Of a stretch of 64,000 bases of DNA, positions 9,936 to 19,479 are shown in pieces. How positions within the stretch are numbered: position 1 is the first letter of the stretch; every line of letters begins with the position of its first letter. The notes under the pieces are model-generated. The model was not told the origin of the DNA, did not search any database, and worked only from the letters and a program-made list of their open reading frames with translations. The stretch spans positions 32,001 through 96,000 of the forward strand of contig JAFGAR010000081.1 in NCBI GenBank assembly GCA_016933575.1, in the 5' to 3' direction. The translations under genes and the position numbers were made by a program. This stretch comes from Candidatus Thorarchaeota archaeon (lineage in GTDB: Archaea; Asgardarchaeota; Thorarchaeia; Thorarchaeales; Thorarchaeaceae).

Positions 9936-10466
9936 ATGGAAGTTGCTACATTTGGTTCCGGGTGTTTTTGGTGTACTGAAGCAGTCTTTCAACAGTTGAA
10001 AGGCGTCAATTCTGTTGTATCTGGATACTCTGGAGGTCATGTTGAGAATCCTAGCTATGAACAGGTTTGCACAGGAAAGACTGGGCATGCTGAGGTCTGC
10101 CAGATTGAATTTGATCCAAAGCAAATATCCTTTGAAGAACTTCTTGAGATTTTCTTTGATACCCACGATCCTACAACATTAAACCGCCAAGGAAACGATT
10201 TCGGCACGCAGTATCGCTCTGTTATTTTCTATCATAATGAAGACCAGAAACAGCTTGCTGAAAAGATGAAAAGTGATCTTGAAGGTAAGAAGACATTCAA
10301 AGGACCCATTGTGACTGAGATTGCCGCATTTGAGAAGTTTTACCCAGCAGAGAATTACCATCAGAATTATTTCCGTGATAATCCCAATCAAGGATATTGT
10401 CGCTACGTCATCGCTCCAAAAGTAGCGAAATTCAAAAAAGTATTCAAACTCAAACTCGATACCTAA
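9936..10466 (+). CDS. msrA: Peptide methionine sulfoxide reductase A
   Basis: GCFWC, GYSGG, PSYEQVC.G.TGHAE, RQGND.G.QYRS, AE.YHQ.Y, GYC. Confidence 0.96.
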   Translation: MEVATFGSGCFWCTEAVFQQLKGVNSVVSGYSGGHVENPSYEQVCTGKTGHAEVCQIEFDPKQISFEELLEIFFDTHDPTTLNRQGNDFGTQYRSVIFYHNEDQKQLAEKMKSDLEGKKTFKGPIVTEIAAFEKFYPAENYHQNYFRDNPNQGYCRYVIAPKVAKFKKVFKLKLDT

Positions 10467-10496
10467 CCTATAGAAATATTATTATCTATAGTTAAT

Positions 10497-10997
10497 TCAG
10501 ATATCTCGGTCAAAATGAACGATATTCCTCCATTTGTTTGGTTTCCAAGACAGGCTTTGAAATTCCTTGAAGATCTGCACGAGAATAACAATAGAGCTTG
10601 GTTTGAAGATCATAGCATGAAGTAGATGAAGTTCAATTTCAATCCAATCCTCTTGTGGTGATTCAAGTATCTTATCAATAGCCTGAACAATCTGGTCATG
10701 GTAAAATTGTTGGTCCATATCAGTCATGTCAGGAATATATTTCCAAGGATGTATGTGTGGCACATCCTTGTATTTCTCTTGACTCAAATCTATGACATCT
10801 TTCTTTCTTGTCCACCATGCATGGCCTGCAGCAAGATATCCGAGATTTATAGGGACCTCATTCTCAAGGACTGTTTTACATAATAGTCCGACAAAGTCAT
10901 AGTAGTTACTAGCCTCATCCATGAGGGTGTCAAGAATTGATTTCGTATCATCATCTATGAATGGGTAGTATTTTGTGACGGTCCCCATTGGTTTCAA
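10497..10997 (-). pseudogene. Truncated paralogue of the adjacent 503-aa helical-repeat protein
   Basis: Aligns with 10994..12505 up to HLLHA (vs HILHA), then reads the antisense of the DUF2461 remnant. Confidence 0.75.
10515..10625 (+). pseudogene. N-terminal remnant of a DUF2461 (TIGR02453)-like gene
   Basis: Manual translation MNDIPPFVWFPRQALKFLEDLHENNNRAWFEDH|SMK*. FL..L..NNNR.WF..H is the N-terminal signature of DUF2461; it breaks off at ~10613. Confidence 0.65.
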
Positions 10998-12505
10998 GTA
11001 ATCGTGTCCTCCTGTTGGAGAATTTGTTCAATATCCTGTATTCGCTTAGTTATTCTTCGTCTAAGAGTTTGAACACCCAGAGAATCTGTGATAGTTAAAG
11101 CATCTTGAAGTGTTGCTAATGCATCTTTGAGTTGCCCGTTATTTTGGTAAAACTCAGATTTGAGTAGCCCTGCATACATTCTGATACCTGGTAGGTCACG
11201 ATCACATGCATACTTTTCCAGAGTGGAAAGCCACTTTCCAGGAGCTGCAACTTTCGTATCATCTCTTGATTGAGAGGCAATCAAATTTTCAACTCGTGCT
11301 AGGTCAAGAAGTGCAGAATTCTGGTCAGTTCCTGTTAGAAACTTATTTGCAATATCCCATGCTCTTTCTATCAATTCTAAGGCAGTTAGAAAATTTCCTT
11401 TTCTCATTTCAATTACTCCTGAAATGTGATAATAGACTCCCAGATAACGTTCCGAGCCAGTTTTAATCAATAATGGGTATGCAGTTTCTAAAGTCTGTTC
11501 AGATTCATCTATTATATTTACCAATGCTAATGCCCAAGCCTTAAAGTAAAACATCTTTGCACTTTCAATTTGAGCATTTGCTCCAATTCCTTTGTTAATC
11601 CACTCCAGCGATTTTTCACCATCCCCTAATGTAGCATAAGTCCTTGCAAGTATCACGAATGTAGTATCACTAATGCGTCTATCATCTCCATCCAATATTT
11701 TCATGATTTCGTGATGACATGAAATTGCTAAATCAAATTCTCCCATTGTCTCATAGAGAATGGATGAATCATTCAAAATTTCAGTGAAAAAACAAGGTGC
11801 TTGTAGATTTTCAACAAGCTCATAGAGATCTTCAAAGATTGTCGCTGCTTCATGAACGTTGAGATAGGTTTGTATCACTCCTTCTTGAAGCATATTCATG
11901 TATAGATACAATTCATCGTCATAGGATTTCGCAAGAGTTTTTCCTTTTTGAAGACATTCAAGAGCTTCCGTCATTTCACCTTCCCTTGCTTTTGCTATCG
12001 CTTCGAATGCATATATTATCGATTCAAAGCAACCCAAGTGTGAATGTGGAGCAATCAAGGCTTTTACTTTCTCTAGTGGTTCTAATAGACTAATGACTTC
12101 TCCAAAGGGATGATGAAAAAATGCATGAAGAATGTGAAGGTCTGCTTCAATCCAATCATCAACTGGGTGTTCTAATACACAATCAATATGCTTAATGACT
12201 GTATCATGAGCTTGTACTTGATCTCTTTCTCCCGAGTCAACAATATGCAACCATGGTTTTATCCAAGGAACATCATTGTATTTTTCCCCAATTAATTGCA
12301 GATTACCACTCATTCTGCACCACCAAGCCTGAACTGTAGCAAGATATGCAAGATTGATTGGAACATCATTCTCAATAGTAGTTTTACATAATATTTGTAC
12401 AAATTCATAGTAATTGTCTGATTCATCCATCAGAGAGTTCAATATCGACTTAGTTCCTTCATCAATGAATGGGTAGTATTTTGTGATGGTCCCCATTGGT
12501 TCCAC
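10994..12505 (-). CDS. TPR-like alpha-helical repeat protein
   Basis: 503 aa. Conserved N-terminus M.PMGT.TKYYPFI followed by TPR-like helical pairs (e.g. GEFDLAISCHHE, GDGEKSLEWI, GNFLTALELIERA, GQLKDALATLQDA). Confidence 0.7.
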   Translation of the reverse strand: MEPMGTITKYYPFIDEGTKSILNSLMDESDNYYEFVQILCKTTIENDVPINLAYLATVQAWWCRMSGNLQLIGEKYNDVPWIKPWLHIVDSGERDQVQAHDTVIKHIDCVLEHPVDDWIEADLHILHAFFHHPFGEVISLLEPLEKVKALIAPHSHLGCFESIIYAFEAIAKAREGEMTEALECLQKGKTLAKSYDDELYLYMNMLQEGVIQTYLNVHEAATIFEDLYELVENLQAPCFFTEILNDSSILYETMGEFDLAISCHHEIMKILDGDDRRISDTTFVILARTYATLGDGEKSLEWINKGIGANAQIESAKMFYFKAWALALVNIIDESEQTLETAYPLLIKTGSERYLGVYYHISGVIEMRKGNFLTALELIERAWDIANKFLTGTDQNSALLDLARVENLIASQSRDDTKVAAPGKWLSTLEKYACDRDLPGIRMYAGLLKSEFYQNNGQLKDALATLQDALTITDSLGVQTLRRRITKRIQDIEQILQQEDTIT

Positions 12506-12593
12506 GAGAAGATATTCCCTCCAGAGATTTTCTTCAATTAAAATGGTCTATTGAATAAAGAGACAAAACATATATAGAAATATCGAGTAAATA

Positions 12594-12635
12594 ATATACG
12601 CGATACGTGATACATAAAACACGACACGTGTTACG
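12594..12635. repeat. Six tandem degenerate heptads (consensus YGATACR), candidate operator
   Basis: atatacg-cgatacg-tgataca-taaaaca-cgacacg-tgttacg, immediately before the GAGGTG RBS of the next gene. Confidence 0.7.
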
Positions 12636-12651
12636 AGATGAGGTGGAACGA

Positions 12652-13032
12652 ATGGAAAATATTGTCGACCCTGATATGAAAAGAACAGAACTTGCGTTCG
12701 AAGAAGATGAGGAAATTGAAATCATAATTCCCCGGAAGTGTGAGAGCTGGGAAGAGCAGCCCTCAAAGGTCAAGCATTCTTATGCTAAACCAGTCAGTGG
12801 ACTAGTAGCAATTGTTGCTTTGCTCTTTGTCCCACTAGTTACTTTTCCTGGTGCAGTAATCTTTGTGCTACTTTTTGAAATCTACTTGATCGATTGGACC
12901 TACTCGAAAGCTCGTTCTGTACGTAAGAATCAATCATCAATCCCTGCAGATAGAATAAGCCATCATAAGTCAGATGTTGAGATTGATAGCAAAATACCGC
13001 AGACCAGACCAAAGGATCAATTTACAAAGTAG
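12652..13032 (+). CDS. Hypothetical membrane protein (central hydrophobic hairpin)
   Basis: ATG at 12652 follows GAGGTGG. Acidic N-terminus, two adjacent TM segments, polar tail. Confidence 0.65.
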   Translation: MENIVDPDMKRTELAFEEDEEIEIIIPRKCESWEEQPSKVKHSYAKPVSGLVAIVALLFVPLVTFPGAVIFVLLFEIYLIDWTYSKARSVRKNQSSIPADRISHHKSDVEIDSKIPQTRPKDQFTK

Positions 13033-13050
13033 AATCTGCAAATGTAATGA

Positions 13051-13094
13051 TGATACACGATACGCAATCTTATATACGCATATAGAATGATACT
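13051..13094. repeat. Second YGATACR heptad cluster, candidate operator
   Basis: tgataca-cgatacg-(caatctt)-atatacg in 7-bp phase, plus tgatact at 13088, directly upstream of the RHH gene. Confidence 0.6.
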
Positions 13095-13109
13095 ACTTGG
13101 GTAAAAACA

Positions 13110-13433
13110 GTGTCAAAAAAAGAAAAGCCAACACGAACAACTCTTCGTGATAGAGTATTGCAGAATATTTCTGCTGATGGCTTCGAGGAAATAGATCGTG
13201 AGATTCCTGTGGTGGCTAGGATGAACAAACGGGTCGTCGAAATCCTTGATGCCATGGTCGCAATTGGCATATTCAAAAGCCGGTCCGAGGCTGCAGCAGC
13301 TCTCGTTGAAGGAGCGATTGCATCCAGAGAGGACTTCTTTGAAGACATTCGAAAACAGGCTTCTAGTCTTAGTGAGCGACAAGATGCTGCAATGAAAGAA
13401 GCCCAAGATGCAATTCTTGGAAAGCTGAAGTGA
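13110..13433 (+). CDS. Ribbon-helix-helix (CopG/Arc/MetJ-like) DNA-binding protein with C-terminal coiled coil
   Basis: Strand IPVVARM, helix NKRVVEILDAMV, G.FKSRSEAAAALV signature. Confidence 0.75.
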   Translation: MSKKEKPTRTTLRDRVLQNISADGFEEIDREIPVVARMNKRVVEILDAMVAIGIFKSRSEAAAALVEGAIASREDFFEDIRKQASSLSERQDAAMKEAQDAILGKLK

Positions 13434-13565
13434 TGTGCGTGGAAAGACGCGTTGTCTCGTAATAATCTGAATCTGGGGAATTGCTCAAAGATAATAGTAT
13501 CAATAAAGAACACTCTGAAGATTCAGCAAAACTCCAATTTTATGTACAGAGCTCCATTTTCAGTT

Positions 13566-13988
13566 TTATCTGAATGAATCAACTATCATATCAATTAAGC
13601 TCAGTTCGGATATGACAGGATATTCGTAGGTTACAGTTACTTTGAAAGGCGCGTTGGCAATAACTTCAATGATTGTTGTCGAGTGTTCTCCGTTATAGTT
13701 GAATCTTGCATACACCGAAGTCAATGCTGTTAGGAGAACGTTTTTCGTTTCAATCCATGTTCCATTTGAGTACAGAAATCGTATCAAAGCTGTAATATTG
13801 CATCTGACTGTAACCCACGTGATTTTTGGACCACCGTATGCTATCTCAAGTCTATTCTGTTCTCCCGATTCGTAAGTTGTTTCACGACTAATTTCTACAA
13901 GTTGAGGAACTGGAATAAAACTCACCATCGCAATCAGTATGAAACTTGTAGCATAGAAGAGAGTTTCACGTCGTTTCACGATAAACAA
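13566..13988 (-). CDS. Hypothetical membrane-anchored/secreted beta-rich protein
   Basis: N-terminal hydrophobic segment followed by a beta-strand-rich domain; GGAGG RBS. Confidence 0.6.
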   Translation of the reverse strand: MFIVKRRETLFYATSFILIAMVSFIPVPQLVEISRETTYESGEQNRLEIAYGGPKITWVTVRCNITALIRFLYSNGTWIETKNVLLTALTSVYARFNYNGEHSTTIIEVIANAPFKVTVTYEYPVISELSLIDMIVDSFR

Positions 13989-14120
13989 CCTCCGATAGAT
14001 TGAGATCGAGTTCGTTCCATTATGAATTGTTTACATATTATTGTAATAATTCTATATAGTTTTTGAGTAATGAACTCTATGATTTGAGGCGCTCTTTTCC
14101 TTCACCTATAAGAAAAGGAC

Positions 14121-14138
14121 GTGGGGATGAATCCCCAC
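14121..14138 (-). terminator. Hairpin terminator after ahcY
   Basis: GTGGGGAT-GA-ATCCCCAC, followed on the minus strand by CCTTTTCTT. Confidence 0.6.
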
Positions 14139-14147
14139 AAGTATCTT

Positions 14148-15404
14148 CTATGTTCCTTCAGCATACGCCTTGGCATATCGCTTTTGTTCTTCGGTCCATT
14201 CATCTATGGTAATTCCCATAGTATGGAGCTTCAACCTTGCTGTTTCTTGATCGAGTTCTTTTGGAAACTCGTATACACCTGGTTTGAGTTCCTTTCCATT
14301 CTTTGCTAACCACATCATTGAATTGAATTGACTGCTGAAACTCAGATCCATCACAGAGCTTGGATGACCTTCTCCCGCCGCTAGATTGACAAGTCTACCT
14401 TCGCCCAGTAAGTAGATATTTCTTCCATCTTTGAGAGTGTACTGGTCTAATGCATGTCTAACTCGCTTCTTTTCTTTAGTTAAAGCCATGAGTTCTGGTT
14501 CGTTAATTTCTACATTGTAGTGTCCAGCGTTCCCGAGGATAGCTCCGTCTTTCATGACTTTGATATGAGCGCCAGTAACGACATCTTTCATTCCTGTGGC
14601 AGTGAGAAACACATCTCCTAATGGAGCGGCGTCATCCATCTTCATGACCTGATAGCCATCCATTCTTGCCTGCAGTGCTCTAACTGGGTCCACTTCAGTG
14701 ACAATCACATCTGCACCAAGACCCTTGGCACGCAACGCCATGCCCCTGCCGCAATAACCATAACCGCCAATAACAACAGTCTTCCCAGCGACAAGAATTG
14801 CTGAGGCTCTCAGTAGACCATCAAAGACCGACTGTCCTGTTCCATATACATTATCGAACAGGTGTTTGGTATCTGCGTCGTTTACTGCCATGATTGGATA
14901 TTTCAGCGCACCATCTTCAGCCATGGCTCTAATTCTGATGACTCCCGTAGTAGTCTCCTCAGAACCTCCATACAAGTTTGGAATGAGTTCTTCGTGTTTA
15001 TTGTGTAGTGTGAATATGAGATCTGCTCCATCATCAAGTGTCAGAGTTGGCTTTGACTTGAGTGTCTGTTCAATACACCAGTAGTATTCCTCAGTATTCA
15101 ATCCGTGCCATGCAAAGACTGGCACATCATTAGCTGCAAGAGCTGCTGCTACTTTGTCATTGGTTGAGAGGGGATTACATCCTGACCATGCAACCTCAGC
15201 ACCAGCTGCACGAAGTGTTTCAACCAGAACTGCGGTTTCTTTGGTCACATGCAGACACCCTGCAATTCTCATTCCCTTGAGAGGTTTGGTCTTTGCGTAT
15301 TTCTCTCTGAGATGCATGAGAACTGGCATGTGTTTCTCTGCATAATCTATTAGCATCCTGCCTTCTTTGGCAAGACCTATGTCTTTGACCTTATATTCAG
15401 TCAT
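14148..15404 (-). CDS. ahcY: Adenosylhomocysteinase
   Basis: GCLH, CNPLST, DDGAD, EETTTG, KHLFDN.YGTGQS, GYG.CG.G, GRLVNL...GHP..VMD.SF. Confidence 0.97.
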   Translation of the reverse strand: MTEYKVKDIGLAKEGRMLIDYAEKHMPVLMHLREKYAKTKPLKGMRIAGCLHVTKETAVLVETLRAAGAEVAWSGCNPLSTNDKVAAALAANDVPVFAWHGLNTEEYYWCIEQTLKSKPTLTLDDGADLIFTLHNKHEELIPNLYGGSEETTTGVIRIRAMAEDGALKYPIMAVNDADTKHLFDNVYGTGQSVFDGLLRASAILVAGKTVVIGGYGYCGRGMALRAKGLGADVIVTEVDPVRALQARMDGYQVMKMDDAAPLGDVFLTATGMKDVVTGAHIKVMKDGAILGNAGHYNVEINEPELMALTKEKKRVRHALDQYTLKDGRNIYLLGEGRLVNLAAGEGHPSSVMDLSFSSQFNSMMWLAKNGKELKPGVYEFPKELDQETARLKLHTMGITIDEWTEEQKRYAKAYAEGT

Positions 15405-15492
15405 TTTCATCAACAATGTTCGCAGAGACCGTTAAGTATATGAATCTTCCATCAGTATAATAAATGAAATGCACAAAAAACAGGGTTAAAAA

Positions 15493-16428
15493 ATGCAAAT
15501 TATGCTTTCGGATGCGGAACGCAATCTCCTTCAAGCTCTGGTACAAAATTCGAGATACACCCCTACCATTCTTGGACAGCTGTGTGGTAAAAGTCGTAAT
15601 TGGGTAGCTCGCACTATCAAAGGTCTGGTTAAGAATGGTGTAATTAGAAGCTATACAACCATCATTGACCCTGCTCAAGTGTTAGGAAGTCGAAGTACAG
15701 CTCTCTTCATGAAGAGTAATCCACGGGAACAAGATGTCAGTGCAAAAATAATGGAGATGAATGAGCTTGAGTCACTTGATGGAATTACAGGTGAATTTTC
15801 ACTACTTGGCTTTTTCAGACTTGATGGACAGAATGACTTCGAGGATTTGCTAGATAGAGTGGATCGAGTAGTTGCAAGCACTGGTTCTGGGAAGTATGAC
15901 TTAGTCCAGTTGTTAACGACTTACAAAAAGAACCGGTTCAAGATTTCATCTATGCATACTCCTGAATCATATCTCTCCAAGAAACAACTTGAACTTCTAA
16001 GAACTATGTATGTTCAAAAACCGACTCCAGAAAATCCCTATCCTTTGACTCAGGAGATGATCGGTGCGTTGATGGACCCTCCCTTAAGTCAGCCTGCCGT
16101 ATCAAAGGCAATTGAGAAGCTCGTTCTCAAACGTGCGATTATTGGTTATTCAACTGATATTGACCTTGCACTTATTGGATTACCCGTGAAATTTTTCGTC
16201 AGAATAAAGGTCACTCCTGGAACTGCCAGTGATATTGCTCAAAAGATGGTGGAGATGAATGAGGTTTGGGACCTATATCGCACGAGCGAAGACTATAGCC
16301 TCCTTGCTACTATACGAACAGATAGTGTTAGATCATGCAATCAAATGCTTCGGAAGCTATACGAACACGAGAGTGTTATCGATACCAAGTCTTACATATC
16401 CCTCGAGGAATGGTTCATTCCCCATTGA
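15493..16428 (+). CDS. Tandem (double) Lrp/AsnC-family transcriptional regulator
   Basis: Two HTH + ligand-binding units (GVIRSYTTIIDP...ITGEFSL and IIGYSTDID...YRTSEDYSL). Confidence 0.8.
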   Translation: MQIMLSDAERNLLQALVQNSRYTPTILGQLCGKSRNWVARTIKGLVKNGVIRSYTTIIDPAQVLGSRSTALFMKSNPREQDVSAKIMEMNELESLDGITGEFSLLGFFRLDGQNDFEDLLDRVDRVVASTGSGKYDLVQLLTTYKKNRFKISSMHTPESYLSKKQLELLRTMYVQKPTPENPYPLTQEMIGALMDPPLSQPAVSKAIEKLVLKRAIIGYSTDIDLALIGLPVKFFVRIKVTPGTASDIAQKMVEMNEVWDLYRTSEDYSLLATIRTDSVRSCNQMLRKLYEHESVIDTKSYISLEEWFIPH

Positions 16429-17017
16429 AAAGGGCTGCGGGTTCTGTTGGAGGATCTCCAACCCAGTGCCTGTACCATAGGTCTCCCTTGGAATACATTC
16501 TATATCCTATTCCTATCCATAGTACTATCATGGCAATATGGGTCAAAGTTCTAGCAATGAAAAATGCTGTTTGTATACTAAAGGCTGGCATAAACAAGAG
16601 AACTAAGGGACCAATCACATCAAACGGATTTACCCAAGGCCAGAGTATTGGATTATACCAATGCATTGGATAGTCAAGAACGAGATGGGACATCACTCCA
16701 ATAAAACAGGACGCAATAAACCAAGGGGTAATCCGACAGACCTCTGCTAAATCTTCCTTAGGAAGATTAAACGTACTTGAAATAATGACTGGATAGAGAA
16801 ACCGTGTGACAACAATTGCCAATAGCGTTCCAACCGTCATTGCTCCAATAAGGCTATGCAAGAAAAGATGGTCTGGAAGGTTGTTGAAGAAGACCCACAT
16901 TATTGGCACTTCAATATCCGGAATGACTGAACCAACAACCAACCCGGGTAGAGAGAATTTCCTGTTCGTCTTTGAGATCAAGTATGCAAAGGGATAATGA
17001 AGTGGCGTGATTGGCAT
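16415..17017 (-). CDS. DUF4184-like membrane protein
   Basis: MPITPLH, GS..PD.E, H..LHS, SH.VLD...H, P.LWP. Confidence 0.75.
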   Translation of the reverse strand: MPITPLHYPFAYLISKTNRKFSLPGLVVGSVIPDIEVPIMWVFFNNLPDHLFLHSLIGAMTVGTLLAIVVTRFLYPVIISSTFNLPKEDLAEVCRITPWFIASCFIGVMSHLVLDYPMHWYNPILWPWVNPFDVIGPLVLLFMPAFSIQTAFFIARTLTHIAMIVLWIGIGYRMYSKGDLWYRHWVGDPPTEPAALFNGE

Positions 17018-17092
17018 TCTAGATCAACAACCATTTTGACTGAAATCCCGTGTAATAAGGTGTTTTTGAAATGCTAAGGATTGTACTCATAC

Positions 17093-18811
17093 CTATCTAT
17101 GCATCTCATATCTTCCATTGAGTGAATATACCTCTTGAATGACTGCTTCATACCTCTCTTTGTAAACATTAGGTTTCATTATCATACGCAGCAGGATTTC
17201 TTGTTGTTTTTCTGTAGTGCTCTGCTTTGAATGCATTTGGAGGGCATATCGTGAGAAATCTCGGACCATGAAGTCGAAGATTTGATCCAGCAAATGATCT
17301 TTTATCTTGTAGATCTTGGCATTTTCAATAATCAATTGTCCATAGACGACTAACGAGAATAGTTCACCCGCATTAAGTATGAAGTCTAGATCTTCACCCT
17401 GTTTCTCATCTGGTGTTGCTTCGGTCATGAACTCGTTAAAGACCTCAATCTGTCTCTTGAAGATGTTAACATTTGGAAGGTCGACCGAATCATAGATCGG
17501 CCGATAGTCATGAAATCGAATCTGACTCAATCCTTTGGTGATGCCTTGGTCGAAGAGAAATTCATCATCTTTTGCCTCACTAATAGTGCCTACAAGTGGA
17601 TACTCCTGTGGCATGAAGAAGTAGGCAGGCATGAACTTGATGATCTGTGCCATATTTACGTGAACAGTACCTTCCAATTTTGGTAGTGCACGGATGTCTC
17701 TTGCTGCCATGGAAAAGTATGTCTCTCCCTCAAAACCACGCGCGGCTATGATGTCCCAGAGAAGGTCTATCACTTTCTCGCCTTCACTGGTTACCTTCAT
17801 CTTCACTAGAGAGTTATAGAGAATATATCGTCGGTCCTCTGGTGAGGCTACCCTCATGTAGTCCCCTGCTCGTAATGCAAAGAGTTTCATGGCAACCAGA
17901 CGTGCATAAGCATCAGCAAAGAACTGCCTGATGTGTGAGAATTCTGTGACGAACTTACCGTAGAGATTCCGATTTGATGCATGATTGATAGACTCATAGA
18001 GGGCATGGGTACAAATTCCAATTGAAGCCCAGCCAAGGTTGAATTTTCCAACATTGACCGTATTCAATGTGCAATCCCATGCATCTCGACTCTTGGATAG
18101 GATGTCTGATTCTGCGATTGGGTAGTCATTCAATTTGTACTCTGCAACGTAAGACTGTACATTCACGACATTTCTTACGCACTCATAATTGGGATGTTGA
18201 GAGTCTGCAACGAAGAAGACGTAGTTGCCATAGTTTTTGTCCTCAGGGTCCGATGGTCTGTCTGTCTTCCCAAAGACTGAGACCATCCGTGCTACATTGC
18301 CATTTCCGATATAGTATTTCGAGCCATTTGCAATATAGCTCCCATCATCCAACACATTGAGTTTCATCTCTGATGAATACAGATCTGCTCCATGATTCTT
18401 TTCACTTAATCCAAATGCAAAGACTTCTCCATGTTTCAGATACTTTGCTGCCTTTTTCTTGGCTTCCTCATTCTTACTCATCCATATTGGCCCTAGTCCA
18501 AGAATAGTGACCTGCCAAGTATACCAGTAGTGGAGTCCATAGAATGCGAGAATCTCATTGAACTCCATGTTACGCCAGGTGTCCCATCTACACTCAGGCT
18601 CACCATATTTACTTGGAGTAAGCATCTTGTAGAATATCTCTTCTCCCTTTACGAAATCAAGAAAATCTTGATACCAGACTCTCTCGTGGTCATCGTTTTT
18701 GAGAGCGACTTTTCCCTTGTTTTCAAAGAACTCTATAGTCTTTCTCATTATTTCCTTAGAATCATTATCCGGATATGTTCGAGTTAGATTGTTTGGATCA
18801 AGAAGAATCAT
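17093..18811 (-). CDS. Acyl-CoA dehydrogenase family protein
   Basis: AFGLSE..HG.D, NG.KYYIGNG, LPKLEGT; 572 aa. Confidence 0.88.
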   Translation of the reverse strand: MILLDPNNLTRTYPDNDSKEIMRKTIEFFENKGKVALKNDDHERVWYQDFLDFVKGEEIFYKMLTPSKYGEPECRWDTWRNMEFNEILAFYGLHYWYTWQVTILGLGPIWMSKNEEAKKKAAKYLKHGEVFAFGLSEKNHGADLYSSEMKLNVLDDGSYIANGSKYYIGNGNVARMVSVFGKTDRPSDPEDKNYGNYVFFVADSQHPNYECVRNVVNVQSYVAEYKLNDYPIAESDILSKSRDAWDCTLNTVNVGKFNLGWASIGICTHALYESINHASNRNLYGKFVTEFSHIRQFFADAYARLVAMKLFALRAGDYMRVASPEDRRYILYNSLVKMKVTSEGEKVIDLLWDIIAARGFEGETYFSMAARDIRALPKLEGTVHVNMAQIIKFMPAYFFMPQEYPLVGTISEAKDDEFLFDQGITKGLSQIRFHDYRPIYDSVDLPNVNIFKRQIEVFNEFMTEATPDEKQGEDLDFILNAGELFSLVVYGQLIIENAKIYKIKDHLLDQIFDFMVRDFSRYALQMHSKQSTTEKQQEILLRMIMKPNVYKERYEAVIQEVYSLNGRYEMHR

Positions 18812-18927
18812 GGCTTTGTCTCCTAGAGATAATTATAGAAGTATTTGTCTGTAAAATGTGTTCTGGCATACTGCTACTACGATACTCTTAAAGAGAATGA
18901 ATAAATCTCTGAATTTTAGGTGCTAAT

Positions 18928-19455
18928 ATGGGACTTTACGAGTTCGATGGTAAGAAACCAAAGATAAATCCCGAAGCATATGTTTCTCCTCGTGCTTCTC
19001 TAATCGGGGATATTGAAATTGGAGCTGATTCTAGTATTTGGGAATTTGCTGTACTTCGAGCTGATATGAACTATATTCGAGTCGGTAAGGGAACTTCAAT
19101 CCAAGATAATGCCACTGTGCATACGACCTTTACGAATCCTACAATCATCGGTGACTATGTCACAGCAGGTCACAACTGTGTCATACACGCATGCGAGATT
19201 GGTGATAGAACTGTTGTTGGTATGGGTTCGATTGTCCTTGATGGAGCAAAGGTTGGGAATGATTGCGTGATTGGGGCTGGTTCAGTAGTCACAAACAATA
19301 CAGTAATCCCTGATGGAAGTCTAGTGCTTGGTATTCCTGGCAAGGTTGTTAAGGAAGTGCCTGAAGCTCAGCGTGAAGCCTTTCTTGCAGGAGCTCAACT
19401 CTATGTGGAACTTGGCAAGACCCACAAGAAATCTGCTTCTGGAAGGTCTGACTGA
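18928..19455 (+). CDS. Gamma carbonic anhydrase family protein (YrdA/CaiE-like)
   Basis: Hexapeptide repeats; LRAD, IQDN..VH, GH...H. Confidence 0.9.
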   Translation: MGLYEFDGKKPKINPEAYVSPRASLIGDIEIGADSSIWEFAVLRADMNYIRVGKGTSIQDNATVHTTFTNPTIIGDYVTAGHNCVIHACEIGDRTVVGMGSIVLDGAKVGNDCVIGAGSVVTNNTVIPDGSLVLGIPGKVVKEVPEAQREAFLAGAQLYVELGKTHKKSASGRSD

Positions 19456-19479
19456 GGTATCTCTTCGATTCAATATAGA

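Noticed and set aside
13070-13513. 147-aa and 97-aa minus-strand ORFs
   Set aside because: Antisense to the RHH gene, which carries a recognisable motif.
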